A stretch of DNA of 53,982 nt, counting the filler, from Catajapyx aquilonaris (Eukaryota): NCBI GenBank assembly GCA_000934665.2. It is 3 parts of 3 records of this genome, joined end to end, with 100 filler letters (N's around TTAATTAATTAA, not from the genome) between each part and the next. Parts side by side here need not be neighbours in the genome. Positions count along the whole stretch, not along the records: positions 1 to 17,909 come from JYFJ02006827.1; 2 more parts are not named here. One strand, given 5' to 3'. This document shows, piece by piece, positions 1-12,292 of this stretch. Within the stretch, counting starts at the first letter, position 1, and every line of letters starts with the position of its first letter. The translations under genes and the position numbers were made by a program. Below the pieces are notes generated by a model. It did no database searches. It saw only the letters and a list, made by a program, of their open reading frames with translations, and had not been told where the DNA came from.

Positions 1-392
1 TGTTTGCCTGTGGCAACAAAATTTTGTTGGTGATTACCATAGAAACAGGCCTGTAAATGGTTTCAAATTTTGCACTTCCCCCAATTTTTTATCCCAACTT
101 TTTAATGGCCCCTTCCCCCAATGTATCTTCACCTTGCCTGCCGGGGTGGTGGGATTTCGTTTTCCCATGATCCTGAAGAGCTATGCCGGCGGTAGTTTCG
201 TCTACTGGTAGGGCCGCCCAAGTCAGACAGGTCTTTGGGATAGGGGACAGACTAAGAGAGATACCAGTCTTTCCTCTCTTCTTTTTCCTCTTTGTTTCTC
301 TCTCCATCTGTCCCACCTTTTTGTATTCTGATAACCACATAGCCATAGTTGCGTGGCTCTTTATTACGCAAACAAACCAGAATTGTTACACC

Positions 393-1219
393 CATGGAAA
401 TCCACACCCGAACCCCAAGCGCTGTACAGGACAGAGAGAGAGGCAGATACCCTTGCAAGCATGACTACCGGTGTCAACCTATGCATTACTGTGCAAGAGA
501 TATTTGCCAAACTTGTAGTTCTGCACAGCACCCAGAGGACGCTGACGCTGCCATTCCTCACAAACCCGTGAATATTCTACCCATTAATTAACCTACGCCA
601 TTTACACCTATCCGAACAAACAACCCTAGCCTCAGCCACGTCCATGGTCCAATATTATTGACACAAGAACGTCTCGGCTTAACACTAGCAACTCACTTGT
701 GGCACCTATTACTTTCAACCCAGAACTAACTCTCCTGTCTATTTCCCCATCAATTCTACAATTACTCTCAAGGACACTACCCAAGTATACAAACTGGTTG
801 ACCTGCTCAACCAGTTTTCCTCGTACCTGCAACATACAAGGAGAAACTTGCTGTCCCCTCTCAAATACCAATACCTTAGTCTTATATACGTTAATCCTCA
901 TACCCCTCTTTTCACAAACATTATCGAACTTGCCTAGGATCAACTGTAAATCAGCCTCACTCTCCGCCAGAAGGGCAGAATCATGTGCATACAGCAAGTG
1001 ACTAACTAACTCATCACCAAACTGCACTCCTACACCTTCAACCATTGCTTCCCTTACACATGCATCTAAGTACAAGTTAAATAACCAGGGAGACATGACA
1101 CAACCCTGCTTAACCCCAACACTAATGTTAAACCAGTCAGAGAAACCCCCACTAGTTCTAACACAAGCTCTACTCTCTTCATACAATGACTTTACAGCCT
1201 CCAGCAGGCGGCCCTTCAC
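393..1219 (-). mobile_element. RTE-clade non-LTR retrotransposon fragment (RT domain, internal deletion, 3' end/UTR)
   Basis: ORF 632..1219 has RT motifs GVKQGCVMSPWLFNLY, LLYAHD (YADD-like), INVYKTKVL and FVYLGS. 393-693 is the reverse complement of the RTE 3' end at 43460-43997. Confidence 0.85.
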
Positions 1220-1235
1220 TCCATAGAGACTCAGA

Positions 1236-1490
1236 ACTCAAACCATCGCAATAAGACTTGCCTTTGACAGTTTTACCAGGAGGGAGAAACTCCATATGCA
1301 CGATTCCTAAAGTGTCAAAGAAAATGATCAGCATTGAGTTGATCTTGCTGCGAACTTGGTGTGCCACCTTTGAAGTTGTTAAACCACTCATGTTATCGAT
1401 TGTCTTACAGCTTGCTCATCTAAAGCCTTGTTCGGCATTCGGTGAGTTGCAGCCAAAGTTTTGTTGAGTTGGAAGCAAAATTTAATACAA
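1236..1490 (-). mobile_element. Degenerate mariner transposase remnant
   Basis: Minus-strand translations IKFCFQLNKT (mariner N-terminus-like) and SKINSMLIIFFDTLGIVHMEFLPPGKTV (catalytic region-like), with the intervening sequence deleted. Confidence 0.75.
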
Positions 1491-3189
1491 ATGTTATAGC
1501 CAAGGTGAGATGATAAATGAGTCTGTTATGTCCAGGGTATAAATACACATGGCGTTATGGAAGTATGCTGGAACCAGCCACGCGAGTTTACTGTAACTGA
1601 GAGTCTGTTACAGTCGAGGCTATTATATCCAGCATCAACTGTAATTGCAATGTACAAGTAATTCCATGGTAAAGATTTCCAGGCAGAGAACAAGCAACAC
1701 TGCCATCTTGTTAAAAGAAAAAAAAAAAAAAGTTCCACTTTGAGTGCCTAAAGTTACAAGTAATGTAATGGTAATCGAGACATTTGACCCTTTGAAAAAA
1801 GCGCTGTACTCATGGTCAGTACAGCAATGGCTTGTACCTGCCCCTCAATGGTGCAGGCTCTGTGATGCAAAGCAGCTATAGGTGGTTCAGCGCATACGCA
1901 TGGCGGTTTAAATGGAAGCACAATGGCAGTGCCATGTAATGTAGCTCGTCTCTCATGCCATAAACAGCATCAAATGTGACCATCTACATAATTATGCTGA
2001 ACTAACCAAATCCACAGTCCAGTGACGGAAAATGTATCTTAATCTACCTGTAGGCCTACACTGCCCAAACACAACTGCAACCTTACAGCGCAACTTCTAC
2101 AATGGTCAGACCCAGGTCACATGTGTCTGCAGTGCCACACTGGTGGTGCCAGATGCAAGGTCAGTCCCCTGAAACAAGGTCACACTTTTGTTGCGTAATG
2201 TGATTCTCCACGGTCTGGAAGGGTGCATATTCCCACCTGTTCTGTTCACAGCATGTGTTCCCTGCAATGCCAATCACCTTTCCAAACACTTTCTTTATCC
2301 TTCCAAGTCTGTTCTGTCCTCACAAGAAGGAAGGAAAAGGGGACGGGGATTGATCCAGCGTCTACGGGAGGTTTGCAGACAATCGCCGGTGCAACGCGTA
2401 TCGCTACCCCGCGCTACCCACACTTTTCACGTACAAAACCGAGCACATGAAGACGGATCCTACTTCCAGTGTACTGACAGGGTCGTTCGAATATAGATGA
2501 GGAATGTGCTGGAAATTCTGCGGTTTTTGGAACCAGGGGCGGCCCTCGGGTTGAAAACATGAACGTTGGCGTATGGCATTTCTTGAGCCCAAGTCCTCTC
2601 AGCTTCACTCAAGAGGTTTTAAGAACTGAAACAAGATCATTGGCGATGGTCATGCTCCATGCAGGCCACCACTTATTGTTTAGTTGGCAGCCTCTTCTCC
2701 ATTGGCAACCCCATGCCGCAAATAATACTGCCGTCTCCTTCTCCCCAGGCACCCCCAGGTCATCAGGACAGAAGAAAGGAAGCACTTGCTGCTTAAGAGA
2801 TAGGGCCTACAGGTTTAATAGTCACTGTGGAGAAGAATACAGGTCAGGGAGAGAGGGAAATAAACCAAAACCTACTGTAACTCTCAAATACACTTCACAA
2901 ACTCCCATCGAAATACATGATAATTGCATAGAAATTATAACATGAGTAGCACCAGCAGTGTCTGGTGATTACCAACTTTTTCAATCCAAGAAGTCTGTAT
3001 TTTAAATTGTATATCTCACAATAACTATTTACGAATATAGAAATTATTTAACACCAATCTCAATGGAATGGGGGAACACAGACATTTACCTGCTCTTGTA
3101 ATAAATGGGAGAAGCTCTGACCTTATGCTCTTAAATTCGGTGAAAAACTAGCAATGTTAGTAACAGCAGGTCTTCCAAATGGATATAGT

Positions 3190-3360
3190 ATTGCAACCAA
3201 CATCAGTGAAAATAACAATTGCTTTTTATGTCCCTGACTCATGTAATAGTAAAAAATAGCCATGTATCCTAGCAGCATCTATTTGCATGACCAATGGACC
3301 TGCCCAAGATCCCCGCTGAATCCCGTTCCATTCCTCCGTCTTGTTGGGGATGTGGACCAT
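3190..3360 (-). mobile_element. PIF/Harbinger transposase relic (paralogous copy about 11735-11865)
   Basis: Translations HIPNKTEEWNGIQRG and LVMQIDADFVIFTDVGCN resemble HARBI1-type P-x-x-x-EEW and VDADY-F-Y-DVG motifs; heavily deleted. Confidence 0.5.
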
Positions 3361-3512
3361 TGACTGTGACCTGTATCCTGACAAGTGTGGATACCCAGAT
3401 GGATCGCTGCATGGCTGGTTGCCAGGCCAGGCCAGTTGAGCAATGGTCTGGGAGTGGGAGTGCCTGGCCCTGCAAGCAGTGATGCAGGTATGTGCTGGGG
3501 TATCCATACTGG

Positions 3513-4491
3513 CAGGGTTGTGAACCGAACCGAACCCTTGCTTCGTGAACCCGATAACATCGAACCAGCTCCGGAGCAGTAGAGTCGAAGTCCGGAGCGA
3601 GCGTCGGGACGAGGACGGGTTCAAGGCGGTTCCGGCGGAGAGTGGAGCCAGGGTCGGAACGGGTCCGGAGCGAACGGATCCGGAGTTGAACCCGGTTCAG
3701 GAGCGGGGTTCGGAGCGGGATCCGGAGTGGGTTCGGAGCGGTTCAAAGCTTGGTTAGGTACAACATACCAACCCAACAGGGGGAAAGGCAGCAAAACCGC
3801 TGGATTTACTCCAGAGTATGCATCATGATTTCATGGTGGGAGAATGACATTTCCAAGCACCCGCGATACAGGGTGTACCGCAAATGCCACATTTTCATGT
3901 CATGCGCATTTTTGTATGCCACAATATCTCATACCCATTTCATAAATGGGTATGAGATATTGTAGCATGCAACAAATGCATGACATGAGAATGTGACATC
4001 CAATAAATGGGTATGAGATATTGTGGCATACAGAAATGCTCATGACATGAAAATGTGACATTTGCGGTACACCCTGTATCGCGGGTGCTTGGAAATGTCA
4101 TTCTCCCACCATGAAAACATGATGCATACTCTGGAGAAAATCCAGCGGTTTTGTTGCCTTTCCCCCTGTTGGGTTGGTATATGTTGTACCTAACCAAGCT
4201 TTGAACTGCTCCGAACCCACTCCGGATCCCGCTCCTGAACCGGGTTCAACTCCGGAGCCGTTCTCTCCAGAGCCGCTCCGACCTTCGCTCCACTCTTCCC
4301 CTGAACCGGCTTGAACCCGTACCCCGTTCCGGCGCTCGCTCCCGACCTGTTCCGACCTTGGTTCCACTCTCCGCCGGAACCACCTTGAACCCGTCCCCGT
4401 TCTGACGCTCCCTCCGGACTCCAACTCTACTGCTCCGGAGCTGGTTCGATGTTATCGGGTTCACGGAGCAAGGGTTCGGTTCACCACCCTG
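3513..4491. mobile_element. hAT-type foldback MITE (979 bp)
   Basis: CAGGG...CCCTG termini, 8-bp TSD CATACTGG (3505-3512, 4492-4499), near-total palindrome rich in GAACC/GGTTC. Empty site in the paralog (CATACTGT, 12014-12021). Confidence 0.9.
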
Positions 4492-4764
4492 CATACTGGT
4501 CAGGAAAGACAATGTCGATGACAAAGGTCATCGCAGGCCTTTAGAGATATGCCATGCTTCTATCATATGCACTCCCTACCACCCATATCATTCTTGGAGA
4601 TGAATTCGGAAACGACCTGTATACACATTATGTGCTTTTTTCAAAAAGTAGCCTTAATCAAACACACTTCTTCAGTAATGAAGCGGCCTTCCCTCATGGG
4701 TGACACTGCCTTATGTGGTACCGAATCCACTTGAAGAAAACATTTTTCCACAAACATCACATAC

Positions 4765-7700
4765 TTATGGTTCTCCCCGAGTATGTAACCCCAAATGTCT
4801 TTTCATGTTACCCAAGACACTGAATTTTTTTCCACACATTGTGCACCCATATGGCTTTTCTCCTGTATGAATTCTCATGTGTGTCCTCATCGCTGAAGAA
4901 GAATAGAAGTCCTTTCCACATTCTGCACAATCAAAAGGCTTTTCCCCATAGTGTGCCCTCGTAACATGGTCTTCGAGAGTGAACTTCCGACCAAATGCTT
5001 TCCCACATTCCTTACAATCATAAGGCTTCAGTCCAGCATGTACAGAATTGTGATGTCTTTTCAAACCCCCTTTTTGGAAAAACTTCCTACGGCAAATCTT
5101 GCATTTGTAAGGCCTCTCTCTAGTGTGAACAAGTAAATGCCTGGTCACAAGCCACATTCGCACAGATTGGTATGAACACAAACTGCATCCATACACAACC
5201 TTCTTCCCTTCCCTTTTCCTGATGATTTTTGGGTTCTCCCCATCATTTGATATTCCAGGTGGATGGCTCTCTTCTGCCATGTTCTTTTCATTCAGATTGA
5301 CGGATTCTCTTGCAACAGCAGTACTACATTCACCCTCATCATCCACACTTTCAGGACCCTCTTCTCTAATAGTACTCTTGAGCATCACATGTGGCTGTGA
5401 CTCCGAATCTGATGACCCAGCGAACTGGTCATCATTTGCGCCACACCTCTTTTGTGCAACTTCATCCTGAAAATTTTAAAGCAGGGTTATTACACATCAA
5501 TTCAGGGAATTGCCATGCCTCTACCCTTTTCAAGAGTATTCATACAGATTACAAATCCTATTAGCACGTAAAAAATGATTGGTCCCAAGACTGAATTTCC
5601 CACAGCATCCTGCAGAGTGGAAAGGATAGCAAAGATAACATCAGAATCAATTAAAGTTTCCCGCTTTCCGTATGGGGAAAATCACGAACTGAAATTGACC
5701 AAGGTAAAAGCTAATTGTACTGAGTTTTTACCGAACTCCCAAACAAGACAGAAGGTTGATGCAGTTGTTACAATATTGAGTGATGTATGGTATTTCAGGA
5801 ACTGAATCCCTATTGGTCTTCTGCTATAGGTAGTGGCCACTGCTAGCAATATTTAACTAACCTGCAAAATTGTTGCATTTTTTTGTAAGTGCGATTCAAG
5901 TTCTTGTCTGATTTGAGTGTGTGTTACACAGCATTGCCCATTGAGTAGAGACAGACCAAGACCTTGGCCACTGAACAGCTATTAGAAAGGGCAGGTAAGG
6001 CATCTTCACATCTAAAGTAACTGTACCGTCACTAATTGAGAATGAAGATCGTCTTATCCCAGTGGTCCATCACTGACTTCTTCCACTTACGTTGTTAGCT
6101 TAAACTGGACTGAAATAATCAACTGTGGTCTTGATTTTGAAAACATAAAGTAAAACTGTGTGGACATGCACATGGAAAATTTTGCAATGCGATATTTTTT
6201 CTGATCTCTTACAAAACACACACATCAGCTTCATATAGAAAAATTATATAATCAAACCTCGTTTGCTGTCTGGATCAAACACTGATGATCCTTCAACTGC
6301 AAATCCTCACTATCCTTCTCCATGCTGCTTTCACATTGCATGAGATTGTCCCCATCCTCTTCATTGTCCCTGGCTTCCAACTGCAGCTTCCAATCCTCCT
6401 GCAAATTATAAATACTAATATTACTTTCACAACATTTACCAATCCACATGGTATACATAGGGCAAGCTGTCCATATGGCTTCATCATAATAATAATGTCT
6501 TCCAGGATTGATTTTGCATTACACTTACTGTACATACAAGCCTGATTTTCAGAAACCTAATCAAAAGTAAGTGAAGTTCAGAAATCCATTTCCCATGGAA
6601 GATGTTAACCTCATATAAAAATATAATAATAATAATAATAATAATTGATAATAATTGATTGGGTATTCGGCTAGCCCCAGAGGGGCCTTCTGCCAGACCT
6701 TTATTTCGATGGTACAATTTTTGGGAATCCTATTTTTGAAGCGCCCGGGCCAACGGGCAGGATGACAGGAGGGGATGTGCAAAGTGCAGTGAATCTGACG
6801 CTGTGGCCATTTTTAGTGAACTCCCCCGGGTGGTTTAGTCTGTAGGATATACCACCCGAGACGAAGCCAGAGGTGACCCTGAACTCTGCACGAGATGAAG
6901 GGGGTGTCCCCGGGCTGGGATCGAACCCGGAACCTTAACATCTGTGGGTGCGCACGTTACCGCAGCGCCACTCCGTCTCCCCTCTGATATAAAAATATAA
7001 TTTTATGTAACTGAAAAAAAATGCTGGTGCTTATACAGGGTGGTCAGAAAGTAACTCCATATTAGAACCATGTAATAATAATAATAATAGGGTATAGGTG
7101 TACCCCTATTGGGGTCTTGCCGGACCTTTATTAATCGTCAGATACAACTGGATCCTATTTATACAGCGCCCGGGCCCACGGGCAGGAAGGGATATTAGAA
7201 CCATGTAATAACTTTGTCAAATATTGCTCAATTGTCATAAAAAAAGTTTTATTTAGTACCTTGCAATGGGAGAATTAAAAAGGCTGCCCACCACATGGCA
7301 GGATCAGTCATGCAAGCAGTCAATATGGTGCAAGCAGTCAATATGGTGCATAGCCTTAGCGTGCGTGGGAGTTGCTCTCGCCACGTCCTGGCCCCTTCCT
7401 CCTTCGAAATACGATGAATGGGGAGCTGTATCTTTCCATTCTGCAAGGTCAGGTATGGCCGATCATCACACAATGGGATAATTTCAACCATTTCTTCATG
7501 CAAGATGATGCACCCCTATATTTTGTATTGACTGTCCATGCGCGGCTGGATAAACAGCAGGGTGCTCCAAAATAACGGCCAGCACAAAGTCCTCAGACCT
7601 TAAGCACTACGACTTTTTCTGGTGGTGTTGGGCAAATGAGGGTGTGTACCATGTACCGCACCAAACTGCAAAATTTGGATCAACTTGAGAGAGCATTCGA

Positions 7701-9083
7701 GACGTGCTGGGCAAAGTACTACAAGATAACATGCATATAAGTCTGTCACATGCATACCGAATGGTCTACAGAAATTGACGGGAAATTCTGGTTACTATGT
7801 ACAATTTTAAGTTCGCAAACAAATTCTCCCACTTCAAGTTACAAAATAAAACTTGTTTCATGACAATTGAGCAATATTTGTTTGACAAAGCTATTACATG
7901 TTTCTAATAGGGAGTTACTTTCCGACCACCCTGTACATTCAGAGGTAAACAATTAAATGAATGCATAGTAATTAAGGGCATACAGTAAAGAAGTAGTTGA
8001 ATTCAAGGAGAAAAGCATCAGCACCTTTCAGCTAGGGTAATTTCCAGTTTGCTTCAAATATAATTTTAGTGATCCATTCTTTAAAGAACAAAAGTTGTGT
8101 GGATGATTAGACTTCACATGAAATTACCTTGGGAATTACCCTTCACTGCAAACTGGTCTTACCTGGCATTCAAAGCCATCACTCGAGTCTTCATTCTTCA
8201 CAGCCGCTTGCTCATGAAATGTGGGGGTGCCAGATGTTGATGGATCTGAATTCTGCTGCGATACAATTTCATGGTCTTCCTCGGCCGCTGGATGAACTTC
8301 GCTTTTGAAAACACTGAATCCATGATGAGCACCTGCAAAGCAGAAATCATTCACGTCTTAAAATTTCACCTTACTGAATTCCATTTGACTAACCTGCAGA
8401 GCAATCATCTTGCCCCAAGCAGCTGTGTGTCTCCTCTGTGTAAGTAATTCCAATCTGAAAATTTTTCATTATAAAACAACTTCAAACATATTAAAGATCC
8501 CATTAATCTTGCTTGTTTCCACAACACGTTTGCCTTCCTTTCATCTACAATTACTTCGCTGACCTGTTCGGCCTCAGGAGAGTCTTGTTCCTCAGTGTCT
8601 ACTTCCTGCACCATCTCATTCGCATCCAAATTATTTTCAGGATGACTGAGAAAGTCTGCATCCTCATTGAGCCTGGCCTCATCAACTCTTTCAAGCTTGA
8701 CTTCAGGGGAATAACCAGGTGGGAGAACTAGGATGGAGGAAATGACATGATCAATGAAAGTTCAGATATTACCACATTTACATCATCTTGTGCTCTCCTT
8801 TAATAGAGTTGGGGCAGAATATCCACTGCTTACTTTTTGCTTCTGCCATTCTTCTTGTCCATTGTTCCATCCTTGCCATTCTCCCTTCCATTCCCTTCAT
8901 CCAACCATCCATTCCCTTCATCCAACCATCCATTCCCTTCATCCATCCCTTCATCTCCTTCATCATCCGCCCCTCCATGTCCTCCATATGCGCCTCCATC
9001 CTGATCAGGATTCCCATCAGTACCTCTAGATCCATAACTCTTCTGTTCCTGTCTTCTTCACCATCCACAACAAGTTCAATCAT
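4765..9083 (-). CDS. C2H2 zinc-finger protein, copy A (5 fingers; predicted 495 aa); CDS complement(join(4765..5466,6258..6398,8163..8332,8394..8454,8564..8727,8834..9083))
   Basis: ORF 4765..5388 has five CxxC-x12-H-x3/4-H fingers with TRERPY/GEKPF/TGEKPY linkers. Upstream exons found by eye have GT-AG boundaries (a|gtaagc 8833, cag|gtcagc 8563, g|gttagt 8393, cag|gtaaga 8162, gag|gtttga 6257) and consistent phases (1,0,1,0,0), summing to 1488 nt with no internal stop. Finger exon is certain; upstream exon joins are inferred. Confidence 0.82.
6628..6986 (-). mobile_element. Full-length tRNA-derived SINE (family 1)
   Basis: Minus-strand A box TGGCGCTGCGG and B box GGTTCGATCCC, 3' hairpin and (ATT)n tail, 15-bp TSD ATATAAAAATATAAT (6613-6627, 6987-7001). 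Empty site in the paralog near 17379. Confidence 0.9.
7036..7933 (+). mobile_element. Internally deleted Tc1/mariner-superfamily element (partial paralog 17428-17765)
   Basis: TA|CAGGGTGGTC...GACCACCCTG|TA with TIRs of about 85 bp; transposase remnant GPFLLRNTMNGELYLSIL...FMQDDAP and a frameshifted PxxSPDL...DFF motif. Confidence 0.85.
7079..7191 (-). mobile_element. 5'-truncated family-1 SINE inserted in the Tc1 left TIR
   Basis: 20-bp TSD ATATTAGAACCATGTAATAA (7059-7078, 7192-7211), (ATT)n tail, shared CGCCCGGGCCCACGGGCAG motif; absent from the paralog at 17451-17470. Confidence 0.85.
8887..8945. repeat. Coding 21-bp tandem repeat (about 2.8 copies) encoding the heptad WMKGMDG
   Basis: TCCATTCCCTTCATCCAACCA x2 plus a partial copy, within the first coding exon of ZNF copy A. 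Confidence 0.9.
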
Positions 9084-9765
9084 TCAGATTGAGTTCGATG
9101 TCTGCTCTCCACCTGCATGCCAACACATTACTTTAGAGTTCTAAAAATTTCTCCCTACGCAGCAATAATTATTCTAGACCAAGGTTCTCACAGCTTTACG
9201 TTCACAATAAACAAACTAGATGTGCATAAAATTTCTAACGACTTTAACTACATTTATCATGGTGTACATTGTGCTTAGTGACTTCTATTGCCAATATCTG
9301 TGGTCAAATGAATTTTTAAAATGCTCACATATTGAAAATCCTTTATCCGGTGTGCCTTCAATAACCGAAAACTGCCAAAAAAAAATGTTACAAATTGAGT
9401 GCTGACATGGCACGGGACTAATGGAAAATTTCATGTAAGGCTTGTAGAACCATAGATATTTATATCTACAGTATGAGTAAAACATGACTAGACCTGTATC
9501 TGCACATACGCAAAATGCTTTAAAATCCATGCAAAACCACCTTCAGAGTTTATGGAAATATTATGAATTTTGAAATGTAAATGGTTGACGGCTTAGGCAT
9601 ACGTCACACCCCAAAGCTATCCCATTTCATAGCTGCAAACATACCGTTCAAATATTCCCACTTTCAGCACTTTCAGTCTCAAGCCTTTCGGAAAAAGGAT
9701 TCTCCATCAGTAGGAGGCTGTCATTACACTGCCCCACTCTCCCCCTTGCACATGTGCTATTAATA

Positions 9766-9964
9766 CAGTTGGACCCCAGAAATGACAGACTTCAAGGGTC
9801 CTTGGAAAAGAGTATGTTATAGCCGAGGTGAGATGATAAATGAGTCTGTTATGTCAGGAGTATAAATACACATGGCATCATGGAAGTATGCCAGAACCAA
9901 CCTCGTGAGTTTTCTGCAACCGAGAGTCTGATACAGCCGAGGATGGTATATCCTGAAACAACTG
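9766..9964. mobile_element. Tc1/pogo-type MITE (related copies about 1494-1641, 15790-15858, 50173-50331)
   Basis: TA|CAGTTG...CAACTG|TA; shared internal GAGTCTGTTATAGCCGAGG-like motif. Confidence 0.65.
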
Positions 9965-11093
9965 TAATTGCAATGTACAAGTAATTCCATGGTTATGATT
10001 TCCAGGCAGAAAACAAGCGACACTGGCACCTTGTGATAAGAAAAAAACATGTTCAACTTTGAGTGCCTAAAGTTATGAGTAATGTAATACTAATCGAGAC
10101 ATTAGCCGCTTTGAAAGAAGGGCTGTACTGAGTTCAGCAATGGCTCGTACCTCTCCTTAAACGGTGCAGCAGGCTCTGTGTTGCAAAGCAGGTGGTTCAG
10201 CGCATATGCACGCAGCTTGAATGGAAGTAGTGCGACAGTGCCATGACATGTAACTCATGCCATAAACAGCATCAAATGTGACCATCTACATACGCTTACC
10301 TAACCACAGTCCAGTGGCGGCAAACGTAGCCTAATTCACCTGTACGCTGCCCAAAGGTAACTCCTTCCGGACAGAGCAATCCCTCCAATGGTCAGACCCA
10401 GGTCACAGGTGCCCTAGGGCCACACTGGTGGTGCCAGCTGCAAGGTCCGTCCCCTGAAACAAGGCCACACTTTTGTGTCAATTAATTCACCGTGGTCTGG
10501 AAGGGTGCATATTCACACCTGTTCTGTTCACAGCATGTGCTCCCTGTGATGCCAACCGCCTTTCCAAACACTCCCTGGATCCTTCCAAGTCTCTCCTGTC
10601 CTCACAAGAAGGAAGGAGAAGGGGACGGGGATTGATCCACTGTCCACGGAAGAGGAGGTTTGCAGACACTCGACGGTGCAACGCGTATCGCTGGATGGTG
10701 CTACCCACACTTTTTATGTGCAAAACCAAACACATGAAGACGGATCCTACTTCCTGTGTACTTACAAGGTCGTTCGAATTGATGAGAAATGTGATGGAAA
10801 TTCAGCGGTTTTTGGAACCAGGGGCGGCCCTCGGGTTGAAAAAATGAGCGTGGGCGTATGGCATTTCTTGAGCCCAAATCCTCTCAGCTTCACTCAGGAG
10901 GTTTTAAGAACTGAAACAAGATCGTTGGCCATGGTCATGCTCCTTGCAGGACACCACTGTTCAGTTGGCAACTTCTTCTCCATTGGCAACCCCATGCTGC
11001 AAATAATACTGTCATATCCTTCCACCCCGGGTCATCAGAGAATAAAGGAAACACTTTCTTAGAGATGCAGATTTAATAGTCACTGGAGAAGGA

Positions 11094-11356
11094 AGGGCGA
11101 CACGGTGGCCGAGCGGTTAGCGCCGCAGCCTTCCACCTCTAAGGTCCCGAGTTCGATCCCCGGGTCGGACGGAGGATACTTACGTGGATAGAGTTTCGAT
11201 GGGTCCTCTCCGTGTGCGCGTGGGTTTTCTCGGGGTTCTCCCCTTTCCTCCCACTATCAATATCCATCACATTACAGGCAAATGATTAAAGTCAGTTATT
11301 CAAAAGATGATCCCCTAAGAGGCCCAAGGGGCCTATCACGGGATATCCATTATTAT
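11094..11356 (+). mobile_element. tRNA-derived SINE with V-domain-like core (family 2)
   Basis: A box TGGCCGAGCGG, B box GAGTTCGATCCC, core GAGTTT...CTCTCCGTGTGCGCGTGGGTTTTCTCGGGGTTCTCCCCTTTCCTCCCAC, hairpin plus ATT tail, 17-bp TSD TAGTCACTGGAGAAGGA (11077-11093, 11357-11373). Empty site in the paralog near 2819. Confidence 0.9.
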
Positions 11357-12292
11357 TAGTCACTGGAGAAGGATACAGGTGACAGACAGAGGGAAATAAA
11401 CCAAAACATACTCTAACTCTCAAATACACTTCACAAACTCGTATCAAAATACATGACAACTGCATAGAAATTATAATATCAGTATCACCTGCAGTGTCTG
11501 GTTATTGCCAACTTTTTCAATCCAAGGAGTGTACATTTTAAATTATTGTATAATATCTCACAATAACTATTTACGACTATAGAAATTATTTCACGCCAAT
11601 CTCAATGGAATGGGGAACACAGATATTTACCTGCTCTTGTAATAAATTTCTACACATTGCATGGGAGCCTGAGTTTATGCTCTTTAAATTCAGTGAAAAA
11701 CAAGCAATACTAGTTACAGCAGATCTTCCAAATGGATATAGTATTGCAGCCAACATCAGTGAAAATAACAAAATCAGCATCTATTTGCATGACCAATGGA
11801 CCTGCCCAAGATCCCCGCTGAATCCTGTTCCATTCCTCCATCTTGTTGGGGATGTGGACCATAGACTGTGACCTGTATCCTGACAAGTATGGATACCCAG
11901 GTGGCCAGGTGCATGCCTGCATGGCTGGTTGCCAGGCCAGGCCAGTTGAGCAATGGTCTGGGAGTGGGAGTGCCTGGCCCTGCAAGCAGTGATGCAGGAA
12001 TGCCTGGGGTATGCATACTGTTCAGGAAAGACATCGTCGATGTCAAAGGTCATGACAGGCAATTGGACACATGCCATGCTTCTTACATAAGCACTCCCTA
12101 CAACCCCCAATCATTCTTGGGAGATGAATTTGGAAACAACGTGTATACACATTATGTGCTTCTTTCAAAAAGTATCTTTAAACAAACACACTGCTTCAGT
12201 AATGAAACTCATAACCCTCATGGGTGACACTGCTCATTGTGGTACCGAAATCCACTTAAAGAGATAAACATTTTTCCACAAACATCACATAC

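Noticed and set aside
393..693. 43-kb-spaced inverted repeat with 43460-43997 as ends of a giant element
   Set aside because: Both are 3' portions of the same RTE family in opposite orientation; no TSD or terminal structure.
2188..2945. ORFs conserved between duplicates (vs 10473..11062) as a separate gene
   Set aside because: Frames shift between the copies and no domain is recognisable; similarity is explained by the recent duplication.
6900..6984. tRNA genes (here and 11094-11166)
   Set aside because: A/B boxes are SINE heads with bodies, tails and TSDs; no complete cloverleaf.
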